From positions 186,001-250,000 of the forward strand of contig NW_003314404.1 in NCBI RefSeq assembly GCF_000143415.4: a DNA stretch of 64,000 bases, given 5' to 3'. Source of the DNA: Selaginella moellendorffii. Its lineage: Eukaryota; Plantae; Lycopodiophyta. Below are positions 23,412-33,901 of this stretch, one piece after another. The translations under genes were made by a program, and so were the position numbers. The notes beneath the pieces are model-generated. The model was not told where the DNA came from. It did no database searches and saw only the letters and a list, made by a program, of their open reading frames with translations. How positions within the stretch are numbered: position 1 is the first letter of the stretch; every line of letters starts with the position of its first letter.

Positions 23412-25943
23412 CTAGAGGCTCCTCCATAGAGTTCCAAGGACGGGTCTCTCGTCTCCACAGCTCGCCCTCGACCGGGACTCGATCCTTCTCAGAGCTTCCT
23501 CGCTTGTTCTGTGGATCTTACACCCAGCGAGCAGTGACTTCCAAGCTCCAAACTTTAGCCTCGACTCCACCGGCATCGTCTCCACGAGCTCCTCTGCTTC
23601 GTCCAGCCTCCCGGCTCGTCCCAGCAGATCCACCACGCACACGAAGTGTTCTACCACCGGCCGTATCCAGTGGTCCGAGCTCATAGATCCGAACTGGTAG
23701 ATGGATTCCTCCAGCAAACCGGCCCGGCTGCAACCGATGAGAATGCTCACAAAGGTGACGGTCCCGGACGAGCACCCCTCCAAGTTCATCCTCCGGTAAA
23801 GATCGGTAACTTCCGCCATATCTCCGTGCTGCGCATACGCCGCGATCATGACGTTCCACGACACCGGATCCTTGCGCGAGCTCTTGCAGCTCTCGAAAAC
23901 TCTCCTGGCATCGCCCACGAATCCAGCTCCAGCCAGCAACTTCACGAGCGTGGTGTCCACCACCTCGGACTCCAGCCCCGCCGAGACGAACCGCCCGTGC
24001 ACCGCCTTGGCCTGGTCAAGCTCTCCCAGGCTGGAGCACGCCTCGAGGACGCTGCCATACGTTGCTACGCTCGGCTCCACGTCCATCCTGTGAAAGAGCT
24101 CGAGCGCTTCTCGAGGACACCCGGCCTGGACGTAGCCCGAGATCATACTATTCCACGATCCGGAGTCTCTCGCCCCCACCACCTCCTCAAAAACTCTCCT
24201 TGCGTAGTCCAAGCGAGCACACCTTGCGTACATGCGCAACAGCGCGTTCTTCACGACCAAGTTGGCCTGTCCAATGGAGACTGCTCGCTGGTGGACACGT
24301 TTCCCGAGTTCCAAGTCGCAAAGATCCGAGCAGGTTCCAAGGATGCTGGAAAACGTGAAGCTGTCCGCGAGAATGCCTTCCAAGTTCATCCGGTAGTAAA
24401 ACCCGATGGCGGCCCTGCTATGCCCGAGCTGCACGTACGCACCCAGCATGGCGTTCCAAGTCACAATGTCTCTGAGCTTCAAGCTCTCAAAGACCCTGCT
24501 CGAATCGTCGACGCTACCCCACCTCGCGAAAAAGGTGACAAGAGCAGCTCCCACTTCCTCGGAGAGAGAAGACTTCGCAGAAAATGCACGAATGTGACTC
24601 TCGATTTCCTGTACTTCGTCCACTGAAGAGCACGCGCTTAGTGCAGCAGCAAAGATGGATGCGCTCTTCGAAAGCTCGCTATCGTTCTTCTTGGACCACC
24701 ACTCTTGATAAAGCTCCAGCGCTCGAGCTTTATCTCCCTCCTTGGCCATTGCTGCGATCAAACACCCCCAGCACTCGGCATTCTTCGTGGACATGCGCTC
24801 GAAAGTCCTGGTAGCTTGATCGATCCGTCCAAAACCTGCGTACAAGCTCACCAGAGCCGCCTCTAAGTTCTCTCCCTGAGATCCAGCCTCTAAAACTCGT
24901 GCGTGGATCGCCTCGGCATGGTCCAGCGTCGTGCAAGCACTGAGGACAAGCACGAAAGTCGATTCCACCGGACGAACGCCCTCCAGAACCATTCTGTGAA
25001 ACATCTCCATCGCCTCCACCACATGCCCATTCTGGGCATACGCTCCGATCATCGCTGTCCAGCACCAGACGCTAGAGCTCGCGATCCTGTCGAAGAAACC
25101 TCTCGCATTGCCCACGCTGCCACACTTCCCATACATCTTGATGATAGAACACTGCATCACGGCGTCCTGACGATCCATCCCGAGGAACTCCACGCGACTG
25201 TGAATCAGTCTCCCCAGCCGATGATTCCTGGTACTAGAACACGCTCCCAGAATGCTGGAGAAGGTGAAAGCGTCCGGCCCAACGCCCTCCAAGTCCATCC
25301 TGTGGAAGATCTGGATGGCCCTGCCGGGTTGCCCATGCTGGGCATAGCCACTCGCGAGCGCCGTCCACGAGAAAACATCGCGATCGCGGCCGATGGTCTC
25401 GAAAACCATGCCCGCCTCCTCCAGCCTCCCACACTTGGCGTAGAAATCCACCAGCGCGGTCTGGACGATTGGATCGTCAAGGAATTGCGAAGATTTCACC
25501 TCATCGTGGATGGAGATTCCCTGTTCCAGATCCCCGACGCTCGAGCAGGCGCTGAGAACGCTTGCGTAGACGAAGCCATCGGGCCGGATGCCCAGCAGCG
25601 GCATCTCGCGGAAGAGAGCGATGGCATCGGCCGGGCGCGCGGCTCGGAGATAGGCCGAGATCAAAATGCTGCACGAGAACTCGTTCTTGACTGGCAGGGT
25701 GTGGAAGACGCGGCGCGCGAGCTCCAGGTTCCCGCATTTGCTGTACATCTGGACGAGGAGATTCCCCAAGAACAAGTGCCGGCCATAGCCAGCGGCAATC
25801 AAGTGGCGATGGACGCGGCCGCCGTGTGCCAGATCCCTGGCGCTCGCACATCGCCGGATAATCGCGGCGTAGAGCTGGCTGGTGGCTTGGAGCACGCCGC
25901 GTTCGAGATCCACGATCTGGCGCCTCCATAATCCGTCACACAT
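23412..25943 (-). CDS. PLS-class PPR protein (843 aa, partial E-domain, no DYW)
   Basis: Tandem P/L/S motifs; EHFVCVVDLLGRAGRLDEAEELVETMP; intronless. Confidence 0.92.
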   Translation of the reverse strand: MCDGLWRRQIVDLERGVLQATSQLYAAIIRRCASARDLAHGGRVHRHLIAAGYGRHLFLGNLLVQMYSKCGNLELARRVFHTLPVKNEFSCSILISAYLRAARPADAIALFREMPLLGIRPDGFVYASVLSACSSVGDLEQGISIHDEVKSSQFLDDPIVQTALVDFYAKCGRLEEAGMVFETIGRDRDVFSWTALASGYAQHGQPGRAIQIFHRMDLEGVGPDAFTFSSILGACSSTRNHRLGRLIHSRVEFLGMDRQDAVMQCSIIKMYGKCGSVGNARGFFDRIASSSVWCWTAMIGAYAQNGHVVEAMEMFHRMVLEGVRPVESTFVLVLSACTTLDHAEAIHARVLEAGSQGENLEAALVSLYAGFGRIDQATRTFERMSTKNAECWGCLIAAMAKEGDKARALELYQEWWSKKNDSELSKSASIFAAALSACSSVDEVQEIESHIRAFSAKSSLSEEVGAALVTFFARWGSVDDSSRVFESLKLRDIVTWNAMLGAYVQLGHSRAAIGFYYRMNLEGILADSFTFSSILGTCSDLCDLELGKRVHQRAVSIGQANLVVKNALLRMYARCARLDYARRVFEEVVGARDSGSWNSMISGYVQAGCPREALELFHRMDVEPSVATYGSVLEACSSLGELDQAKAVHGRFVSAGLESEVVDTTLVKLLAGAGFVGDARRVFESCKSSRKDPVSWNVMIAAYAQHGDMAEVTDLYRRMNLEGCSSGTVTFVSILIGCSRAGLLEESIYQFGSMSSDHWIRPVVEHFVCVVDLLGRAGRLDEAEELVETMPVESRLKFGAWKSLLAGCKIHRTSEEALRRIESRSRASCGDERPVLGTLWRSL

Positions 25944-26039
25944 TCATCGCTCCAAAGAACTTCCCTCTTCGCGAAGAACCCCAAAATTTTCCCTCTCTTT
26001 CGTGAAGAACCCTAAAATGCTGCTCTAGGGTTCTAGCCC

Positions 26040-28316
26040 ATGGTAAGATTTAGCTTGGCTTGCCTGGCAAAGCGGCAGGATCGACTGACGACCAAGGAGC
26101 AGAAGGTCCAGCTCTACAAGTACTTCGATCGGCAATTGCAGCGAGAGGAGCGATCGGTGAAGCGCGCGGAGAGGCAATTGCGCAAGAAGAGGAGCGCGGA
26201 GGAGAATGCCGAGGCGCGGGCCGAGGAGATGGAGGCCGGGAGCGCACAAGACCGGCGGGCGATCCGCGCCAGGCAGCGGGAGGCGCGATTCGGCGAGGAC
26301 GGGGACGATTTCCGTGAGATTTTCGACGCCGAGGGGGTGAAATTCTCGGCGCGCTACAAGCCCCCGCCTAAGCAGGAGCCCTGCTGGTGGAAGAGCGCCT
26401 GGGGGATCCTCCCCAGCGCGGAGCGCTTCGCGGACATGGGCGCCGTGGATGCCGTCCTCGCGGCGGTGGACGAGCGCCGGATCGACACCCGGGCGCCCTT
26501 CCTCTACCAGCATTTCCTGGAGAAGTGCATCGCGGGCAGGGCGATCGAGCAGGGGCGCAAGGTCCACGCTCACATCATCAAGAATGGCCTCTCCCAGGAT
26601 CGAAATTTCTCCAATCTCCTCGTCCAGATGTATGGCGCGTGCCGCGAGATCGAGGACGCCGTCAGGGTGTTCACCTCCATCGCCTACAAGAACACGCGAT
26701 CCTACGCCGTGATGATCTCCGCCTACAGCGATCACGGCGACTACCGCAAGGCGCTGGATCTCTTCCACCGCATGGTGGAGACGCTGGAGCCGGACGACTT
26801 CGTGCTCTCCACCGCGCTCCACGCCGCCGGGATGATCCAGTCGCTCGAGGACGGGCGCGCCATCCACAAGTGGATCCTCGACTCGGAGATCAAGCCCGAG
26901 CTCGCGCTGGAGAATTCCATCCTGGAGATGTACGCGCGCTGCGGCGATCTGCCCATGGCATCGCAGCTCTTCACTGCCATGCCCGCGAGGAACTCCGCGA
27001 GCTGGAGCGTCTTGATCGCTGGCTACATCGAGGGTGGCGAGCCGGAGGAAGGGCTCAAGCTCTACAAGAGGATCCAGCACGGGGTTCACCGGGTGGATCT
27101 TAGCGCCGCCACGATCGTCCTCCTGGTGCGCGCTTGCGGCGAGCTGGATCTCCTCGAGGAGGGCGGGGAGATCCATCGCGGGCTCAACGAGAGGGAGCTC
27201 GGCTACCCGGGCGTGGCCGCCGCGCTTATGGAGATGTACGCACGGTGTGGGATCGTGGACGACGCGAGGAAGCTCTTCGATCAGCTCCCCCAGAGAGATC
27301 TCGTTGCCTGGAACTCGATGATCGCGGTGTATGCCCGGACTGGGCATCCGCGCGAGGCGCTGGAGCTGTACGAGAAGCTGGATCTAAGCCCGGACAAGCA
27401 GACTTACCTCGCGATGCTGCTCGTCTACGCGGATCTCGGGGACCTGGATCGCGGCCACCGGATCCGGCTGCTGCTGGATCAGACCGACAGCGATCTGGAG
27501 CTCCAGGCCGCGATCGTGAGCTTCTACGCGCGATGCGGCGCGATCCGGGAGGCGAGAGGGGTGTTTGACAGGATCCGGCAGCGCGACGCCGCGTGCTGGA
27601 CCGCGATGATCCACGCCTACGTCGCGGGCGGCGAGGCGGCGCGCGCGATCGAGCTCTTCCGGGAGATGAGCGTGGAGCCGAGCGCCGAGACGTACGCGAT
27701 CGTGCTGTGGGCGTGCTCGATCGCGGGGGATGCCGCCACCGGTAAGGCGCTGGACGAGGAGATCTCAAGGACGGAGCTACGATCCAATCTCCTCGTCCAG
27801 AACTCGCTGGTGGGGATGTATGCGCGGAGTGGGCAGCTCATGTACGCGAAGTGGGAGTTCGATCGGATTGCCTGCCGGGACTGCGTGTCGTGGAACATCC
27901 TCCTGGGCGCGTATGCCCAGCTCGGGCATTGCCGCGAGGCGCTGGAGCTCTTCCCGCAGATGCCACAGGAGGGCGTGGCGCCCGACGGTGTGACGTTCGT
28001 GGCGGTGCTGTGCTGCTACTGCCGGATCGCCGCGGCACCGGTGGGGGAGGAGTGGTGGGAGCAATTCGTGCGCATGGTGGCGGATTTCGGGATCGCGCCT
28101 TGGGTGGAGCACTACGCGTGCGTGATCGAGCTGCTGGGGCGGGCGGGGAAGCTGGGCGAGGCGGAGGAGCTCGTGAGGACGATGCCGTTCGAGGCGGAGG
28201 CCGAGCAGTGGAGTGCGCTGCTGGCGTCGTGCCGCGCGCACGGGGATGACAAGCGCGCCGCGCGGTCGGCATACCGGATCGCGGAGATGGAGGGAGCCGC
28301 CGCCGCCGCGGGATGA
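26040..28316 (+). CDS. PLS-class PPR protein (758 aa) with charged N-terminal extension, E-domain, no DYW
   Basis: PPR motifs from ~aa150; EHYACVIELLGRAGKLGEAEELVRTMPFE; GC-rich intronless ORF. Confidence 0.92.
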   Translation: MVRFSLACLAKRQDRLTTKEQKVQLYKYFDRQLQREERSVKRAERQLRKKRSAEENAEARAEEMEAGSAQDRRAIRARQREARFGEDGDDFREIFDAEGVKFSARYKPPPKQEPCWWKSAWGILPSAERFADMGAVDAVLAAVDERRIDTRAPFLYQHFLEKCIAGRAIEQGRKVHAHIIKNGLSQDRNFSNLLVQMYGACREIEDAVRVFTSIAYKNTRSYAVMISAYSDHGDYRKALDLFHRMVETLEPDDFVLSTALHAAGMIQSLEDGRAIHKWILDSEIKPELALENSILEMYARCGDLPMASQLFTAMPARNSASWSVLIAGYIEGGEPEEGLKLYKRIQHGVHRVDLSAATIVLLVRACGELDLLEEGGEIHRGLNERELGYPGVAAALMEMYARCGIVDDARKLFDQLPQRDLVAWNSMIAVYARTGHPREALELYEKLDLSPDKQTYLAMLLVYADLGDLDRGHRIRLLLDQTDSDLELQAAIVSFYARCGAIREARGVFDRIRQRDAACWTAMIHAYVAGGEAARAIELFREMSVEPSAETYAIVLWACSIAGDAATGKALDEEISRTELRSNLLVQNSLVGMYARSGQLMYAKWEFDRIACRDCVSWNILLGAYAQLGHCREALELFPQMPQEGVAPDGVTFVAVLCCYCRIAAAPVGEEWWEQFVRMVADFGIAPWVEHYACVIELLGRAGKLGEAEELVRTMPFEAEAEQWSALLASCRAHGDDKRAARSAYRIAEMEGAAAAAG

Positions 28317-28879
28317 AAAACTCTCAAAGTATTTCAGAGTTTCCATGCAGGATAGCAGGCCTCCATCACCTGGCTCAGCGTAAACAGGGTGATTAGTGAG
28401 CTTGGGAATTTGATGTTCAAGATAAGGTCAAATCTGGAGTTTGTTGTTCTGCTCTATAACTTCCCGATGTGTTTGTCAATTTACATCCAATGGGGCATAA
28501 CTCATTTACCATTAATTAGTTTTTATTAATGGTAAAGTATTCACAAAACTCTAATTTAATATTTTATCTTAATTGGTCAATAAAACTTACCATTAAATTA
28601 GGTTAATGTGTTTATTAAGGTTTAAATTAATTTCAAACAAAAAATTAATCACTTTAGCACAATTCCTAATAACTTTTTGAATTCATAACACACATTAATA
28701 CTAGTAATAAAGTTTTCAATGAATTAATTTATCAAATGGCAAAGAGCTGTAAAAATAAAATTTGTAATGCATTTCCAAGTAGTAAAAATTGAGATATTAG
28801 ATACAAATGGAATATAAATTAAACTAAAAAATATAGTTTAGTTTTTTTTGTTTAAAGTTAATTTCAAGTTGAAAGTGGT

Positions 28880-30520
28880 TGAAATACGTGTTTGAGTCCA
28901 AAGACATAATTTACCTTGGGTATCATATTTCTCGTGATAATTTATAATTTAATCCTAACAAACTTATGGCTATTTTAAAGTTCTTTACTCCGAAGTGTGT
29001 AAATGATGTGCAGTGTTTTTTGGGCAAGATGCAGTATTTTGGTTATTTGTTCATTATCTTTCTGATTGTATTGCATCTTTGCGAACGTTGTTAAAGTCAT
29101 CAATGTTATATTTTATTAAATCTATAAATTGTGAGGCATTTATAAATCTCAAAGAGATATTGACAACTCCTCCAATTTTGGCATATCCTAATTATAGTCA
29201 ACTTTTTATTTTGTGCGTGGGTGCTTATAATATTAGCCTTGGAGCTATGTTAATGCAAGAAAGCTTAAGTGTGTCTGATAAATGCTATCTTATTGCATAT
29301 ATAAACTGTACATTGCAATTAGCAAAAGTGAATTACTCTACGACAAAGAAGGAGTGTTTAACAGCAGTTTAGGGTTTCAAGAAACTCCATGTATATTTAC
29401 ATAGTTCTTGAATATTACTAAAAGGTGTAGTTACTTCATTATTGAAATAAAAGAATTTGGTTAGTTATATTGTTCAGTGAGTTTTAAAGCTTAAAATATA
29501 TGATTTTGATGTTGTTCATCGTTTGGAGAATCCTATAATTGATGCTAATACCCTTTCTAGAGCTCCTCTTTCTTTTTCTCTCTCTTATCATATTTTTAAT
29601 AAGCCTATTATTCCAATATTTATGGATTTTTAGATGGAGATTTTATGCTATCAGCAATTTCTATACTTGATATTAAATATCTACAAGGTGTAAAGCAAGA
29701 TTTACTTTCTCTTGACAAAGTTTGTGAGGCTTAAAAAATTAAGCCATAAATTTAAAGGTTTTATGATAGGTTTGAGAATTTTACATCACTTGTTAATGAC
29801 TTGCCATTCGACATTTACATTCTCAATATAACCTTGAGGACGGTCTTATTTATTTTGTGGGGACGGATTCTGATGATCATTTATAACTAGTGGTGCTTTT
29901 GATCTTTATTCCACACTTTTTTCATATTTATCATGATTCTCTTATTCTAGGTAGGCATATGGAACATCACTATATGACCAAAAAGTTATACAAGTGTTTC
30001 TACTAGCCAAAAATGCAATATAATGTTATTTGGTATATGTGTAGTTGTGTTTGGTGCTAACCTTGTAATACTCCCATTATGATATAAAAAGATAGTTAAA
30101 GTTAATTATAATTTCCCATTTATTTAATTTGGTGGTGTTTGATTTGATGGGCTTTTTTCAATTGATTACAAGCAATGAGTATATCATTATTGTTTCTAAT
30201 TACTTGATTCACTCAATGGAAGTTAGTGCTATTACTAACGTGTTTGCAACTACTGTTGGATACTTCCTCCTCAATCAAGTGGTATTTTAGCATTTTTGTC
30301 TTAAGCAGATTCTTTTGGATAATAGTCTCATATTTATAATTAAGGCATTTCATGTTGTGACGTCTTGGTTGGGGATATGCCACACTTTCACGAATGCTTA
30401 TCATTCACAATCAAATGGTTTGGTGGAACGGCTCGTTTGGACATTCAAAGGGATGATTATGAAATACGTGAATTTTCAGCATTTGAATTGGGATGGTTAT
30501 TTGGGTTCTTTTTGGTATTG
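28880..30520 (+). mobile_element. degenerate Ty3/gypsy LTR-retrotransposon pol (RT end, RNase H, integrase)
   Basis: AFINLKEILTTPPILAYPNY, LGAMLMQ, IAY...VNYSTTKKECLTAV (RNase H); TNAYHSQSNGLVERL (integrase); many stops; very AT-rich. Confidence 0.85.
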
Positions 30521-33500
30521 AAATGAAGGTTGTCAATTCGGGAAATGCCAACAACATTGATAAGTGTGACTAACTTCATCACATACTCAGTAGTAGACAT
30601 CATAGCCACGATAATGTCTTCGCCCTTGTTCTTAAACTTGAGTAGTAGCAATATCAACTTCAATTGAAACAAGACCAATTCCGATAAGAAGTGGAGCTGA
30701 AGGATGTGCAACAAATAGTGGAGGAAATGATGTTTCATAATATTGTGTCAAGAAAAGAGCATTATCAAGGGTGGTTATAGCAAATGTATGTATAAGTTCT
30801 ACAAGATTTTGATGAAATGCTAGCGACAATATTTTTAACTGGATTTGTTTTGATATATTTGTTTCCGCATGAAGTAAGAGGCTTTAGAAATGAATACCAA
30901 ATTGCATGACAAAGACAATGCAATTATTAAAAGGCATCATTACAATCGTTAGCATGTCCAAATGCAAATTTGAAGACATCCAAGAAAATGGTTGAATCCT
31001 TATACATGACTGCGCTCAAACTATTATACTATTATAGTGCCATTCTTTGGAGATACGTGGGAAACTCACGTAAATAACAAGTACCATCTCAAAAATGATA
31101 TGTGGCAATTATTATAAAGTGATTAAACCAATGGTACATATTATCCTTAGGATTCCCACGGAAGAATTTCGACCGGATGCAAGGATTAGCATCAAGAGCA
31201 AAAGGATCTATACCACGTGTTGTGAATGCTACCATCAACTAAGTCTAATTATTCAACTGCAACTACATAATTTCGAACAATTGCACCAATTACTTCTCTA
31301 GAATAAAAGGAAGAGGAGAATATTGCTTTGTCATGAAAATGAATGAAAATAAAAAAAGTAAAAGAGAAGAAATTGAAAAGTTATAAGGAAAAAGAGATTT
31401 AGACAATGCAAAAGCTAGATCTAAAGCAGAATTTCAAATCCAAACACTCCTCAAAGACATTCAAAGTTACCCTTCACCTCCACCAATGTGAGTGTATAAA
31501 ATATAGAAATGGAATACAAAAATGTGTATATCCATTAACCCAAAAAACCCTAGTTTATATATAAGAGTAAGTGGTTTGGATTAAAATCAATTTGATGGCT
31601 ATGAAAATTTTTATTACGCTAATATTAGTATATAGCATTGTCATTGTATACTTGGATCTAACATAATCTAATATATTTAACATTTAAAGATATTTAGCAA
31701 CTTTTATAATGTGAATAATTTATAGTAGCAGTTTTCAGAACTCCTCAAAACACCCCATCCAGACGAAAAAATTATGTATAAGTTGGGTGGAATTGTTCCA
31801 CTTATATGTTTATAATTCAAAGTAAAAAATTTCATATAAATATATAAAACATAAGCTATCTACTCTTATATTTATTTCTTAAGAAAGAAAATGCATATAG
31901 ATACATTTATATATATTTTCAACTTTCTTTAACATGTATTAAAAAAACTTCAGCTACCTGCTTTATAAAATAAATATAAAGTTAATCATAAATTCTTGCT
32001 TTACTACCAAGTGTTTAAGGTGCTGTGCTCTTGAAATCTGGGACAGAAAATAGAAGAGAGCAATGGAGAGTGCTAGTAGCATTCAGTGTGCACGATTCCA
32101 ATCAGATCCCTTAAGGATATACCTGGGTTTCTTTTTCTTGTCAAAAGAATACTTCTGCAAAACCCAAGCCGAATATGCTTGAAATTTTAGAGGTCCTTGT
32201 CTTTAAAGTTTAAAAGTGATTGTTCTCTTTTGTGTAAGTTAGATGGGTGTTGCCATCAAAATGTCTTCGGTATTCCAGCACTGGCGTGGTGTGGTGCGGT
32301 GGCAGAGCTCCACAGAGAAAAGGGCGAGCGAGCAAGCGAGAGGGTCTCTCGGCATATAAAGGCCAAACTCTTAATGCTCACCCAACCCATGCACCCCATG
32401 ATCCTCTTGAATGCCAGTTTTAGGGCAGCCAAGATGGTGGAAGATGGTACAAACGTAAAAACACAGCTTTGGTGGACTGTCCCAATTCCAATCACTGGCG
32501 GTTTTGGTTTGGTGGGGAATCTCTCCCGGAATCTGGGCGAATCTTTCTTTCTCCGCAAGCGAAGCGACCTAGCCAAATGCCGTGTGTTGTCTCCTTGACA
32601 ACAGTTTTTTAAGGAGCTGTGTGAGTGTTGCTCGAGCGAATGAATAGAAGAATCAATGGGGCCACAACGAGAATGAGAATGCAAGCGATGGAATTAATAA
32701 TCCACGCCACATACGTGCACACAACGTTGTTATTCCTGGGCTCTCCATGGATTGGAAATATCAAAAGATTATCAACCTTTATTTAGTAAATGGAAAAATG
32801 TGGGCTGTCGGTAGCCGTTGATTTTGTTGTTTAGTTGTTTGTTGGTTTCATCTTCCCTGCCGGCCGGCCTCAGGAAAAGAAAAAGAGGGAAAAAAAAAAG
32901 AAGAAAATTTGCCCCTTTTGTTTTCACCCAGCTGATTTTCACCGTGTCGCTGTTGCGCTTTTGTCACACTTCGCCGCAGGGGTTTGAAGGGAACCAGTGG
33001 TCGCCGCGACAGTCGCAGCGCGACTTACTATAAGTAAGAAAAAAAGAGGAAATGGGAGCGAATTTCTTTCTTGTTTCCAGCGAGCCAAAAAATTTCCTGT
33101 TTTAAACGGGTGAAGGGAGAGAGGCTATGGCGGAAAGGGAAGCTTGCAAGGCACGGGATCGATCGATGATCCAGTTTCTAGGGTTTGCATGAGGCGCGGC
33201 AGCGGCGCGCACGCAAGGGGGCCGTCTCGGCGCGGCGGAGAAAGGCGAGCAGCGCCCGGGATCGCGGCATTTTGCGCGCGCCATCGAGTGGGCGCGGGAT
33301 TGATTCCAGGGCGCGCAGTTGCAACGGCATCCATCGCGATGCGGCTGCGGTGAATTTCCGGTGCTAGGGTTTCGGGGAATGCAGGCGCGCGCAATCCGGG
33401 GTAGTGAGCAGCATTGTTCCGTCTTCCATCCAGGTACGCTTCTTGGATCAGATTGAGAGATTTCCATCGTTTTCCCCCCGTGATCGTGATTGAGCTCATC

Positions 33501-33901
33501 GTTTTCTTTGCTGATTCATGCCCGGAGATTCTTTCCTTGTGTTTGGTGTTTTTTCTTTCTTTTCTCTGCTTTCCCTTTTTTTTTCTGGGGAGGATCTGGT
33601 TTGGATTTGAGAATGCCTGGCGATATTCTAGCAATTGCGCATGTGGTATTTTTTTCTTTGGTTTCTTTAAAGATGGTTTGTTCATGCTGCCAGAGAACAC
33701 CGCCTTCTTGAGCTGGATTCCCTGAATTTCTTGGCACTTTTGATTGAATCGCGTCACATGGTTTGCATGAGTGATGATTTCCTTATGATAAGCGTCCCTG
33801 TCTTGCTTGTTGTTGCGACAACTTGATAAATACAGCTGCTGCGTTCACAGGACTGAGAGCTATGGCTCGTCGCATGGTTTAGCAGCTTGCTCGCGTTCAC
33901 G

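Noticed and set aside
23646-28346. Long antisense/overlapping ORFs (23646-24626, 24903-25931, 26025-27347, 27777-28346)
   Set aside because: Shadow frames of GC-rich PPR genes; the same applies to those over the LRR-RLK, RLP, DYW-PPR and Rab genes
32197-33757. 130-210 aa ORFs upstream of KCBP, and a miR169-like cagccaag seed at ~32426
   Set aside because: Low-complexity UTR/promoter composition without recognisable domains; the miRNA match is only 8 nt with no hairpin seen
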